Below, one piece after another: positions 38,741-51,279 of a stretch of 64,000 bases of DNA. Under the pieces are notes generated by a model. That model made no database searches. It saw only the letters and a list, made by a program, of their open reading frames with translations, and was not told where the DNA came from. Each line of letters begins with the position of its first letter. Positions within the stretch are counted from its first letter, which is position 1. The DNA comes from Camelus dromedarius (lineage: Eukaryota). Made by a program: the position numbers and the translations under genes. The stretch lies in the NCBI RefSeq assembly GCF_036321535.1, contig NC_087436.1:70992001-71056000 (forward strand). The letters are read 5' to 3'.

Positions 38741-39179
38741 TGTGAAGAAAGTCACCTGCCATATCATTAAACAAAGGATGTTGCAGCCACCAAGCTATCA
38801 GGCACTGCAGCCCTCCCCCCTACCACTGTGCACCCTGAGATGATACAGGATGAAAAACAATGGATACTGGCCCTAGACACCTAGGTGCATATCAATGAAG
38901 TACTTTCTGTGAGCTCAGACTCTTGCATCTTCACATACATAGAAAAGTGCTAAATTCATTAACTTGGTATGTTTGGGTTTTCTTTAATAGTAATCTTTTG
39001 ATGTTCAGACTACCTGGTTTTTGTTGCAAAAACTCATATATCCTGGCTCATCACCTACCTCTTCACAACAATCCCTCAGAGCTATCTGAGAGGCTGTCTC
39101 CTGGGCTTAAAACCTTAGTAAGTCCATCAAATGAAATCTAATTCTTAACTTTTAGATTGTGCATTATTTTCCATTGACA
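38741..39179 (+). repeat. 3' LTR of outer provirus (MER34/MER39-like)
   Basis: tgtgaag...attgaca; shares tcttgcatct...tagaaaag and cagagct...gctgtctcctgggct with the inner LTRs; preceded by a homologous 3' UTR. Confidence 0.85.
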
Positions 39180-39574
39180 ATATGAAATTTCAAATATAGA
39201 AAAATCATGCATTTTTACATGTTCTATATTTTTACTTTTAAAATGGCATTTCAGTAGATTCTAAAAACAAATTGGAATGGTAGAGAATAATTTTGAGTCC
39301 TCCAGCTGCTATGTTATAACATTTTCTTAACATTAATTTTCACACACAATTGCCTCTCTCATTTCAAAATGATATTTTAAGGATGAAAAATAAGAGAAAT
39401 GCCAAGTTAAAAGAAAACTTTCCTTTTTCATAAGTAAAAGAGATATTATTGGTAATATAACATCAGGAGGGTATATATTCAGTTCCTCACTATTACCTAA
39501 AATGAAGAAATAAATACAAGGAATCTATGCAAAGGGAAGCTAGAAAACACAGGTACATGGGGAAGTCACTCATC

Positions 39575-40085
39575 ACGCCAGTCCTAGAAAGACAAACTAC
39601 CCCTGCCCACCAGTAGCTGGCCTGATACTCATTGCCAGGTCTTGGTATCCTTTTGCTGGACAGATACCACTTCCCAGAGGACTGACATCAGACATGGCAA
39701 AAACAAGATTATTGTGTAATCCTGTCTGAACACAGACAAAAATACACATGTTGTATAAACCACATACACACACACACACAAATCTCCAATTTCCAGCTAA
39801 GTGATTGCTGTTTTGTTATCAGCTAAGGCTCTAACTTCACTTCATCCTTCCTACCTTCCCGATAAGATTTATTAAGATAGCAAATTACAGAATTAACCTC
39901 CACTTCCTGACAGCATCCAAGCCAGTGCAAAGCCCTGCTTTGTTAAACCCTCCCCCCAACCACCTAACATGAAGGCCAGATCCTAAAATAAATCTTTCTC
40001 ACACCCTCTTACTAAGCTGCCCCAGGGTTTACCAGGGGTCAGTTTTCCCTCACAGCAACAGTAGTAAAATTGAGATTTGTGTCAC
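39575..40085 (+). mobile_element. MER67/MER31-group ERV1 LTR
   Basis: tagctggcctg...gacatcagaca...cacttcctgacagcatccaa...aaaccctcccc...cacctaaca...acaccctcttact. Confidence 0.7.
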
Positions 40086-40559
40086 TGGTTCACTGAATGG
40101 GCCAGTTTGTCTCTTATTATTATAATTATATTTACTTCTTTCTGCAGAACATTTTTTCATGACTTATCTGAGTACATGAATTGTCTCTCCAATGTCTAAA
40201 CTGACTCATTTCTGCTATATAAGTCAATGTTTTTAAAAGGTAAACTTCTACTTCCGCGTTATAACAACATGCTTTAAGTCTACTATCTTTACCCTTCATC
40301 TGTATTTTTAAAAATTATCTCAATTTCTTTAATGATTTTTATACAAACTAATATGTGCAAAAAGTTCAGTTTTTACATTTCCCTTTTATGTTTCAGAATG
40401 TAACAATAAACAGAACATTCCAGGAAAGAGTGAAACATCTAAATTTATGGAGGGTTACTTTGAGCTTGGCTTCTGTTCCACATGATTGACTATTTTTCCT
40501 GGAGTTCACTGATTTTTTAATACCTTCCTTCAGCTGCCTGGGTTATAATCCTACGTTAC

Positions 40560-41175
40560 CCTTAGTTGCTTTCTTTCCTTTACTACTGGTCACTTTCTCC
40601 TTCCACTCCCCTCTCCGCTGGGTTGCACCACACCTACAGCCACAGCCACTTCCAACTTAAAGTAAATCCTTTAAAGCATGTGATGACCTGATAATTTATC
40701 TCCATCACCGTGTGAACTACTCCAGGTCGAATCATGTGCATCTGTACCCTGCACTATCACAAATGCCGCCTCCTTTACTTTTCTGTGTCCAGTACTTTTG
40801 CCTCCCCACTGGACATTTTCTACCCAGTAGCTGGGATGAACTTCTGAAAGCATAAATCATATCATGTCGCTTTCCTTTTTAAAACTTTCCAATCATCTTT
40901 CAGTAAACTTGAAACTAAATTCAAATTCCTTATAATGGTCTACGTGCTCTAGCCCTGTCTGTCTCCTGCCTCATTTCCTCATCTTTTCATTTTGTCACTG
41001 CTGGCTCCTCTTTAAATCTCTGTTAATATGTCTCCTCTTCAAGAAACTCTTTCCTACCACTCACCTAAAAGTTTCTCTCCTAATTGCTTTCAAATCCCTT
41101 GTTCTAGTTTTTTATAGCCTCTGTCACTAACTGATATTACATCATTTATTTGTTTACTTGGCTATTTCCACTTCC
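40560..41175 (+). mobile_element. L2 fragment
   Basis: ctgaaagcataaatcatatcatgtcgctttcctttttaaaactttccaat...caaattccttataatggtctac. Confidence 0.75.
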
Positions 41176-41328
41176 CAACCCATCAAATCCCAGAGAATAA
41201 TGGAAACAAACACTCAGAGAAAACTCCTAGGCACAGAGGTGACTGGAGTTATTAATGCTAAAACTATTAATTTTCAACAATGCAAACTCCCAGGCAATTC
41301 TGTCAAATAGAACAGAATTTATAAATTT

Positions 41329-41914
41329 TGAAGGAAAATTAATAAAAATGGCTGCACTTAGGCTAACAGATCACTTATTCTTATGCTTGCCCTTAAAACA
41401 GTCAACTAACCTGACTGCCCAGTTGCTACTCACAGCTCCAGGCCCACCATTAAAATAATTTTAACTGTTTCTACTTTATTCCAGTAATCAAAAGTAATAA
41501 TCATGCTTGGTCTCTGAGTTCGATCACCAGGGAGAAGGTCATGGAACTGTAACCTTACAACATAGCATGAATTACCAAAAAGACCACGTCTTGGGTGCTT
41601 CTAAGAAAAGAGATTGAAAAGAGCGACAACCACTAGCTTCTATAGACGTAGTCACCTGGAGACACCATGACGCCACTCTTGAGTCTTATGAGAAGAAAAT
41701 AATTCTGTTGATTGTTATCGATGCTTCATTGTTTGAGCTATGGCTGTATAATCACCCTGCCCCATCCCCAAGACTTCAATTCTGAAGGCACTAGCCTGCT
41801 GTGAGTCCCCTTTGCCCGGCAAAGCAATAAAGCTGCCTCTCTTCTCCTAAGCTCCGAGACCCTGACTCTGAGTTATCTGGCTCCTCAGGGACGGGGGCTG
41901 ATCTTTTGGCAACA
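41329..41914 (+). mobile_element. ERV1 solo LTR, same family as 36770-37347
   Basis: tgaagga...ggcaaca termini, TSD attt/atat, aaggtcatggaac, tataatcacc and ggcactagcctgctgtgagtcccctttgcccggcaaagcaataaa. Confidence 0.85.
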
Positions 41915-43859
41915 ATATTAGGAAACACAATGAACCAGCTCCTACTCCTCTTCCCAAGAGGTCAGTTTGCTGTTGCAGAAAGTGAAGGCAGTTCTGATAA
42001 AGCTCAACAGTATTCTTTCATGTAGACAGACATTGAGGCGCGAGAGAATGCCCGAGGGGGATTTTTCACCAAAAACTGAGGTGATTCCCTTCTCTTCACT
42101 ACACCCAAAATTACTTTTTAAAAAAAATAAATAAAATACTAATAAACTCAGAATCAGTATGGTTTTTCAGTCAAGTCCCTTCATTTTCTAAGTAGTAATT
42201 AGATAATTACCTGTACTTTTCCTTTATGGTAAGGTTTATCTTAATGATGACACTGTTTCAAATTTCTAGCACAGACTTGAGACTTTCTCCAAACTACCCA
42301 CCCCATCCTAGTTTTATGAAGGGCAAAGAAGGATGCTCCTACATTGACAGTGTCCTGGACCTGGTCCAGTCACTGCTTCTCCCTCTGTGTATAAGGTGAC
42401 TGATCATGACGGATCCCAGATTCAACCTGTCCTTTCTCATTTTGAGCATAGCGAAGACAGAGTCATCTGTTCTCTAACAGAGCTCTTACAAAATAAGATA
42501 AAACAGAATTATCACCACGTATGCCCTAAAACCAAGGAAGATGTTACACTTTTATTCTTTGCCCTAGTCAGAACTATGTAAATTAATCTAGAAGGAACAG
42601 AATAATATGACCTTTCTGATTCATGCTACTCAAGTAACCAGCATTCACATGTTCACCAAGAAATACTCATTATCACCCAGAAATTGGCCAAAGACCCCCA
42701 CTAGTTTTCTAAGGTAGGATTGTCCAAGGTTCTTCAGCAAAGTAGATCTTGGAAGTGAAAAGAGTTGACACATACTTAGAGTCCCTTCCCCTGAACAAAC
42801 AGTCGTGAAAGGAAATGTTAATTTTCCATTGTTTACCGACAGGGTCCATTAACAGTGAGTAAGCTCACTTTGATGAGGGGGAACCATTCTTGTATTGAGG
42901 CCACCCATGCCAAAGGAAGAGATGCACTGGAAGGCAATGTGCAAATATTAACCAACAGTCAAAAGGTGAGTGGTGTTGGTGTGCAAAACAGGTAAGCACT
43001 CAAATAAAAAGCCTTCGGTATTAGGACAGTTCTCTCACTCAGTTCCCCCCCTCCATTCCAAAGCAGGGCACCCAACCTGATAATGAAAGAGTCTAAGTCA
43101 TCTGTAAGGCAGATGGAAAACAAGGATGAAAAGTTATGGTGCATATAATCCTTGAAGAAGAAAACAGCTGAGCAGAGAGAGAGTGACTGCAGGGGCAGTG
43201 CTTTAACCCCCATGGAGAAAAAGTAAAAAACTCTTAAAATGACCTATCTCTCTTCATACCTTCAGGCTATTTGGATGACTCCAAGCATAATGTAACCAAT
43301 ATTAATCAGGACTTCAGTATACATTCTAAGCATGACATTTTAACCTTGTTCAGGAAACTTGAGTCTACCCTGGAACCAGGAACCAGCTACCCTGATGACT
43401 TTAAGACTTTAGTGGTGCTAGATAAACCTCCTCTCATTAAAGATGAATAAAAGGGAAAGAGAAGGAAGGGAGGAAGAAATACAGGAAATAAAGAACATGG
43501 TACCTATGCAAAAGTTCTATAGAAGAAAAAAATTAGCGTAACTTCCAAAGATATTTTAAATGAGCATCCTTTTGAAGAAAACCCTTCATTTCTTAATAGG
43601 ATTTTTACAAACCATAGTTATAATTTAATTCAATTCTGAAATTATTGTAGGCTACACATCATAAGGACTTTTTTTAGTTTTCACATCATAATCACATTGA
43701 TAGAACAAATACATATTCGTATTTCTTATTTTTCACATTAAAATATGGGAAAATTGACTAATGCACATACAACATTTAAAACTCTTTTATCTAAATATAC
43801 CTTGAAACTACAACTATGTAAACATTTTGTCAAAATTTTTATTCCAAACACCAAAACTC

Positions 43860-44010
43860 AAGTGGTGTTCCCAACTAAAGTTATTGTGATATTACTTTTA
43901 ACCTGAATGGTTATTTCTTGACATGGGTGGCAGTTACATGAGTGGGTTTATGTTGTGACAACTCATTAAGCTGTATATTTATGATTTGTGGACTTTTCTA
44001 TATAGCTGTT
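43860..44010 (+). mobile_element. L1ME-like 3' end
   Basis: tatttcttgacatgggtggcagttacatgagtg...ctcattaagctgtatatttatgatttgtggacttttct. Confidence 0.7.
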
Positions 44011-45094
44011 ATCCTTCTACAGACATAATTATTTTTTAAAGGCTTGGATAGTATTTTTTCTTTTTCCCCATGGGCGCTTAGCTTTTTCTTTCCTTTTTTT
44101 TTTTTTTTTTTTTTTTTTTTTGACTATGAAAATCCATGTAACTTGGGTAAGCAGCTAGGTACATCAGGAGTCCTGGGGAGCCGTGGGAATAGACAAGACA
44201 GAACGACACATTATGATGCTAGAGGTAAAATAAGTGTGTGTGTCTCTGAATAGCAACTTCTCTTTAAAGCAAGCCCTGCCTCGTCTGTCATTAGGAACAC
44301 AGATAATGGTAGGTTACTATTGAATATCAGCAATACACACTGTTAGGCTCATGTAAACTGTGAAAATCCCAATCTAAATTCAAATCTGTCCTCAGAGAAG
44401 ACCAAAAAAGAAATTACTGTTCTGGCAAATCTTGCAAAAGCAGATAAACTAGAACAAAAAAAAATACATATAAATAAATATTTTATAACATGTATATTTA
44501 TAACTATATTTATATACCAGGATAATATTTTGTCATTAAAATGACAGAGTAACTAATAATAAAATCATAATAAGATAACTAATAATGTCTATTAAAATAG
44601 CTAGCTATAAAAACTTGTACTAAAAAAAGACTATTTGGAATGAAGTAACATCACCAAAAATTTCAATGTATATTCAAAGATACATTAGCACTTGATGAAG
44701 AGAAATTTACAGTGATTCACATAGCTATTACAAGTTGCTTAATGAATAAATTTGAAATTAAAATTGCATTAGTTAAGTTCCATTAAATACCATCTATTTC
44801 TATTCCAGCTGAAGCTTGAGCTCATTGCTTAAATGTTTATCAAAAAAATAACAGTAAAAGTCCTAGGTCACTGGATAATACAGGATTTTTCATCCCTTTT
44901 CTTTTTTCATCTGTGCCTTAGGCACCAATGGGACTATTCATTACCAACGTGGGAAATCTGACAGGGTGATCAAACTGAAGACTTTTCCTCGAGTATTGTT
45001 TACATTATATCATCTCTTCTAACCTTAGTTTTTTGATTACTTCTGTTCTAAATTTGACTCATTTATTACTGTATTCACAAATTTTCCAGTTTTT

Positions 45095-45127
<33 letters not shown>

Positions 45128-45261
45128 CTTAAGGGAAAAGTTTCTTTCCACTTTTAGGCTCATTTCTAAATGATAGCTATTGATTTTTATGACAAATAAA
45201 AAGCAAACAAAATATTCATAATCACTAGCTTAAAACTATTTTGGTAGGCTTTCCTTATGAC

Positions 45262-45432
45262 TAAGTTTTATTTTTAGAGCAGCTTTAGTTTCACAGCAAT
45301 ACTGAGTGGGAAAGTAGAGTTGCAATATACTCCCTATGCCCCCCCGACACAGCCGCCCCTACAACCTACATCTTGCCCCAGAATGCCAAGTTTGTTACAT
45401 TCACTAAACCTATGTTGCCACATCATTATTAC
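45262..45432 (-). mobile_element. L1MC1/2-like 3' end fragment
   Basis: tttagagcagctttagtttcacagcaatactgagtgg, homologous to about 16365-16530. Confidence 0.8.
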
Positions 45433-46671
45433 AGTATAATATTTTTAAATGAAAGTTTTCTAAGAATTTCAATGTTAATCTGTTTCTTCAGGCAGTTTAA
45501 CTGCTATTGTTTGAGAGAGGGTGCTATATGATTTTAGAATCTCTGAAAATGCATCTGATACAGTGAGGCACAGTTTGCAAACCAGGGTTTTTAAAAAGTA
45601 GCAGCTGTAAGTTCTAAAGCATGACTTACTGGATCAACTGGTCATCAATGAGTTCAATTAGTAAGAATGCAACAAAACATAACTTTGTAAACTAGTTTTT
45701 GCTTTGTGCATTCCATTTTTTAAACAACTCTTAAGAAATTAAGTTTGAATTACTGGCATACACTGGACATTTTTTAAATAAATTACACTCCTGTATAAGT
45801 GGTGTTTATATCTTATATTTGCATATATTGTTTACAAAGCACAGTGTTACCTCATCTGTTAAGCATGAGCACATTTATTAGACTGGAAAATGATCTTCAT
45901 AATCACAGCCCTGAAACTCCCTGGCATCCTAGGTAATCAAAGAAAGCCCATAATGAGTCCACTGTACCTCAAGTCCAGAGGAGTAGAGACTAAAAAGGAT
46001 TAGGTAATGGTTTGAAGAAAAAAAAAAACAGTGGCAGCAGCAACAACAAAATAACCAAGTGTTCTGGTTGTTCTTACTGATACAGACACTGCAATTAACT
46101 ATCTTAAGTTTTCTCATATGCCTGTTAAACTAATATTTCACTGTTTAAAATATACTGCTTTATTAGATAGTTTCTCCATTTATTCTTTATATCTTTTGAA
46201 TTTTTGTTTGCAAACTAGTAGTATGTAATTTATAGAGATTAAAGGCTTCAAGATATAGAACAAAAATCACTGACTAGGCTGGGGTCCAAGGATTAACCTA
46301 AAGGCTTTTGGCAACAGTGTGACTCTCTCCCTAAGTCTGAAGTGGTTGCAACTTTAACTTCCCTTTACTAATTCAATTAATAAAGGCTTTATGTTAGTGT
46401 GTGGGTTTTAAGTAAGTCAAAGAGATTGAGAACACACTATAGTTAATATAAATACCCGAATCTAAGGAAGCATCCATGCCCAGTAAAGGCGACATGGAAC
46501 ACAGGAAAATGGATCAGGAAATTTCGAACAGGGCAAAGATGACATTCCTTGACCTCATCTGGTGGCATCCCTGCTAACTAGTCAGGAAAGATAGGAGGTT
46601 ATCACTGGACAACTTGGGTTTTCTCGGCTATTTCATGGTATTGTCTCTATGTTCATGGTTATGTTACCTAC

Positions 46672-47318
46672 CGTAGTAGTCAGGTGACGGTTTAACCAGG
46701 GGTCTCTGCATAACGGGGCCTCAGGCTAGAATGAAAGTGCTGTGCCTTATTTTGGACTTTGTAAACCCAAGGCAGCAAAATGGGATAAGTGACAGCAAGA
46801 CAAAGGAAAATGAGAAGCATTAGGAAGTGGTACTTGACCACGCTGGCTGCCACATCACCGTGAGCCACAGACACAACATATTTCTTGGGGGTAAATGTAC
46901 TCGGCCTGGGAGACTTTTCTTGATGGCTGCAAGGAAAAACCATGCATCAGAGCATGATCTGCCTCACTCCCTCCTGTCTCCTATTTCCCACTGGTCGACC
47001 ACCGTCAACTTCCGGGTTTCATTTCATCACTTGGTCCCATCTGTGGTTGTCTGGGATGCTAAATCTCAATCCCAGTGGGGTGCTATTTCATTTAAGCCCA
47101 GAAGGGGTAGCAGGAATCAGAACCTCTAGGCATGTGGCAGGTCAGCCTGATTGTTCTGGAGGTTAGGGAAAGGGCCCCACACCCCCCAGGGTGAGAGATT
47201 GGCTGGTCAAAGGCAACAGAGGTCCCAGCAGAGGGTTGACCGAGTGGAGGCAACGTAGGCACAGAGAGCAGGCAGCTGAGGATTCAGGGAAGCTGAGGAG
47301 ATACGTGAGTCTTACACA
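46672..47318 (-). mobile_element. ERVL LTR (LTR41/LTR16-like)
   Basis: ggggtctctgcataacggggcctcaggctagaatgaaagtgctg...cccaaggcagcaaaatgggat is an antisense ERVL LTR signature. Confidence 0.55.
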
Positions 47319-47815
47319 CAGTCCCAATAAAAAACAGATGGAACACTTTAATTTGGATAATTTGTGATGAATTTATTGCCAAAGGTGCTATTTTAAAAAG
47401 CTTATTCTGGAAAGGTGCTGGTGAGTTTCAGCAGAACCACAGGTAATAGTAAAGTTACTCAGAGACAGTAGCAATAAAGCTGCCACCACTCCTAAGCCCA
47501 AGGGGACAATGGGAGGGAGCTGCCACTTAAATTAGGGAGAAGAGAATCCTGGAGAGAGGAGACGTGACCTTGATCAAAGGACACAGGCATCCCAAGGCAA
47601 CCCCATAGAGAGACGGAACCAGGGAAATAAACTGGCCTCATTATCTTTTCTCTGTACACTGTCTTGCTGGGGGCCCCCATGAGCTGAATCCAAGCAGAAC
47701 CACAGAGCCAGGGACCTTCTTGATGCAGGCTTTACAAGTCAGCTTGCCCTTCCCAGGGCACAGAGCAGGGTGGGAAAGGGTGGAGAGTGGATGGGAAGGG
47801 ACAAAGAAAAGTTAT
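47319..47815 (-). mobile_element. LTR33-family ERVL LTR
   Basis: gtcccaataaaaaacagatggaacact...ccactcctaagcccaagggg...gggcacagagcagggtgggaaagggtggagagtggat. Confidence 0.8.
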
Positions 47816-47987
47816 CAGGTGTTTTGCTAAACATCCGTTTAGCAAATAGAACTCGTTATTTTGTAATATGGAATTACTAAAATGAAATTTCATTTTTTCT
47901 TAAAAAAGAAATTCCCGAGGAAGGATCTCTGGGTTTTTCTACAGTTCACTCTACCTCCTACTTTTAAACTAGCCTTACCTGCTAGCC

Positions 47988-48177
47988 CAGTGGGTCTCAA
48001 ATTTTTGTGAGAATCAGAACCACCTGGAGGGTTTGTTACAACACAGACCGTGGCGCCCGCTACCAGAAGCCCAGTTTCTGACTGAGTAGGCCTGAGGTGG
48101 GCCCAAGAACGCACATGGCTGACAAGTCGCAGGTGAGCGCACTGCTGCTGGCCTGGGGACACACTGTGAGAACCACT
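47988..48177. mobile_element. MER5A (hAT-Charlie MITE)
   Basis: TIRs cagtgggtctcaa ... tgagaaccact; core aatcagaaccacctggagggtttgttaca and gtaggcctgaggtgggcccaaga. Confidence 0.85.
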
Positions 48178-50320
48178 CCACCGGCCATCATAAAGGCAAG
48201 CCTCCAATGCACATACTGTCCTAGGCAATTACTCAGACCCCTCTTGCACCCTTCACCCTTTATTGCCTATCAATCAGTTGCCCACCAGGCCTGCTGCTCT
48301 CGCCACCTCTTCCCCCCACGTCCCCCAACACACAATGGGTTTTGATCCTTATTTGTTTTTGCTTGAGATGTGAATTCATGGCCTTAATGAACTCACTGAC
48401 TTTAATCCTTGCCTCCTGCTCTTTCTGGACTAGACATTGACCACTGCTCAGCCTCCTGACCACTCCCCTTCCTTTGGGTTACCAATCTTGTTCTGTTTCT
48501 GGTTTAGCTCCACTTTAAAGGCTCTGCATCTCCTATTCTTTCAGTTAATAACCCCTTGCTCCTGGTTCTCAGGCATATTCTAGTTTCCAGACTTTCAAAA
48601 TCCCATTGTTGCTCATTTTCTCCCACAGTGTCCACCCAGGGCTCCTTTCCCTACCTCTGGGACAGGTAGCTGTGCATAACTGAAGAGTATGGACCCCAAC
48701 CCCAACCAACAGACGTAATCACAATTCTAGTGCCCAGAATGAGAAGATGAAAATGTAGGACATTCTACGTATGGTACAGATTGAGAGCCTTATCAATCTG
48801 GGTGTATGGAAAGCACCCTGACCAACCCCTGTAAGTCTAGGTGCTTTCTGTACTTATTGCTTGTTTGCTTTTTTAGGTAGATTAAGCTTGGATCAGTATG
48901 CAAGATGCATGGGAGAAGTGAAGAAACCAAAGGCTCTTAGAAGTTTAGAAAAAAAAGAAAAAACTTCCAGCCAGAACATTTACTGTACTTTTAGTGTGTG
49001 ATGACACACTCATTGGAACTGGGGGAACACAGGAAAAAATAGTCATTCCTTTGTGTCCTAAGAAGATTAAGTTTTCTGCTGGAAAGAGCTTCTAGGCTAA
49101 ATATCAATCCTGCTGATTCTGAACGAGACTAAGCTCGCATCAGCAGTGAGCAGCTTTAAGGTTTCTGGTCTGCTTTTCTCCCCACAGCTCTGCCACAGTG
49201 TGTACCCTTCCTCCTAGTCTTACCCACACGGGTATGGTCATGGCTGTCCTGGGCATCATAGTAAAGTGCATTTCTTTTCTTTTAATTTTTTGATGTACAT
49301 CATTCTGCTTAAATCATGTTGTTAAACTTGCATATATATGTCATAATAATGATGACATCCCTGGTGATGCTGGAATTAGTTCCAAAAATGGACTGTAGGA
49401 GCATCTTTTCCTTACTGCCATAATCACAGCCTCCTGGGAAAGAAAACATACCCTGAAATGTGTTTCAGCTCATAGATATCTGACATAATAATCTCTGAAT
49501 ATCTTCTACATTAATGCATGACTTGTACGATATACAAGACACAGTCTCTGAATTATGTAAACATGTATGTATACATACATAATACACTAAGTGTATGCAC
49601 ACACAGTATAGACAGTGCCATCCAACACTTTATTAGATTGAAAGGCTGCCTATTTTTTTTAATATTTTAAACCTTTAATTTAATATTACTGTTGATTTTG
49701 TTTTAACTATAGTTCCTGAGAATGAACTTTATCTTCCATTTCCTTGAGCATAAGGAATTCCTACTATTGAGAGACTGTCAACTGAGGTCTTCCAACAAGA
49801 ATTCTGGAAAGCCAGTGATGTCATCAAGCACTGCAGGATGGAAGCTCTTGCAAGTGTCTTGCCTGGGTTTAGTGATGGTGGCTGGCAGCATAACTTGGTC
49901 TCTCAAGTGGAAGTTTGAGCTAGACTCCATGGGTGGTAGTGGTATTTTCTCAGTCTTAATGAAAGCTCAAAGTTCGGCAAAATGGGAACATCTGGAACAA
50001 CTATTAACCTAGCTTTACACAAGGCCTCAAGGAAACTTTATGCACAGCGTTCTTTCTTCCGGAAGTGCCCCACCCACTGACACCATGGCCATACTCCCTC
50101 TCACAACGTGCTTCCTCCCAGACACTCAATATGTTTGTCCATTCTGGAAAATTCATAATATTCAACTGGTCTCTGATTCACGAAGAGGTCCTCTACTTTT
50201 CTCTATTTCAATGAAAGAGCAAAAGAATAACGTTTTTTAAAAAATTCTTCTAGGAGGTTCATACATCTTTTGACATCATCTTCCACAATAAGAACATGAC
50301 TGTGATTAAAACTAATTTGA

Positions 50321-50443
50321 TGTAGTAGCTTACGGTGAAGAAGAATATGAAAATGAATATATGCACATCCAAGTATGACATTATGCTGTACACCAGAAAT
50401 TGACACAACATTGTAAACTGACTATACCTCAATTAAAAAAAAG
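50321..50443 (+). mobile_element. Young L1 3' tail with 11-bp TSD
   Basis: gaatatgaaaatgaatat...gctgtacaccagaaattgacacaacattgtaaactgactatac plus poly(A); TSD aactaatttga at 50310-50320 and 50444-50454. Confidence 0.9.
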
Positions 50444-50753
50444 AACTAATTTGAAAAAGTTTCACAGTTGATTCAAGGAGATACAGCATTTGGAGCAAAA
50501 CTGCTCATGAAGATAGAAGCTAATTCCAAATACTAAAAGAGGGGAAACAATACAATTTTGAAAATGTGAGTAAGAAGTGAGAAGGGAGGAAGTAAAGATG
50601 ACAGGAATTACTAGACACTAATTAACATCCCTTAGAGTAAATAAACATGGTTTTCTTCTTCCCACACAGAACCAAAGAAACAAAGATTATAGAATTTACA
50701 AAAATCAATTTTCTCATTTTCAGTATAATGTAAAAAGATGCAATTAAAAGAAA

Positions 50754-51255
50754 TGTGGTAGTGTTTGTTAGATGCCTCTTTGCTCTCAGATCCATTTTGG
50801 CCCTTCCCTTCCTCTGTTCTCTACTTCAAGTAACCAGTCCCCAGGCTTCCATGTCCTTCTGGCTTCTAATCGGTTAGGTCAACAAGAGGCCCTGGCAGAA
50901 GATTAGAAAATGGAAGGACAGAAGAAGCCAGAAAATCACTTCTCTTTTCTTTCTGCTGCTTGTGGCATTTTCTGTACCATCTGCATCCCCCTCGTGGCTC
51001 CGGCTGTCCACCAGCTCGTCCTTCGCTTTGTGGCCCCAGCTCCAGCCTCACTGCTGTTTCAGCTTCTCCAGGATGGCCAGCACCAGAGCCCACTGACGCC
51101 ACCCCCTGACCCTCCAGCACCTGGAGGGGCAGCAGCTTTCACCTCTTTTCTGTTTGGTTTCTTAGCTCTTCCATCACTTGTGTAACCAATTCTTGATATT
51201 AAGTTTTTCTAATTGAAGTATCTCAAGTAGTTTCAGTTATCCTGATTTATATAGT
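50754..51255 (+). mobile_element. LTR33-family ERVL LTR
   Basis: tgtggtag...cagatccattttggccctt...ccttctggcttctaatcggttaggtcaacaagaggccctggcagaagatt...ccatcacttgtgtaaccaattc. Confidence 0.75.
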
Positions 51256-51279
51256 GAGTGATTTCTTTCTACTGATTTT

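Larger units (their letters stand above)
28885..39179 (+). mobile_element. Outer 5'-truncated ERV1 (MER4-group-like internal region plus MER34/39-like 3' LTR), interrupted by three LTR-element insertions
   Basis: Segments 28885-29340, 36666-36769, 37348-37746 and 38343-38740 join collinearly and are homologous to inner-provirus about 33530-34470 and 35850-36243 (e.g. cactttggttaagtgaatac vs cactttggttaagtgagtac; gtgggacaaattggtcatgaaatg vs gtgggacaaaatggtcatgagatg). Confidence 0.85.

Noticed and set aside
44083..45125. Long poly(T) tracts near 44093-44121 and 45097-45125 as retrocopy tails
   Set aside because: No adjacent element body or TSD found; treated as simple repeats.
49722..50012. 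96-aa ORF in apparently unique DNA
   Set aside because: No recognisable domain or exon context; the length is compatible with chance.
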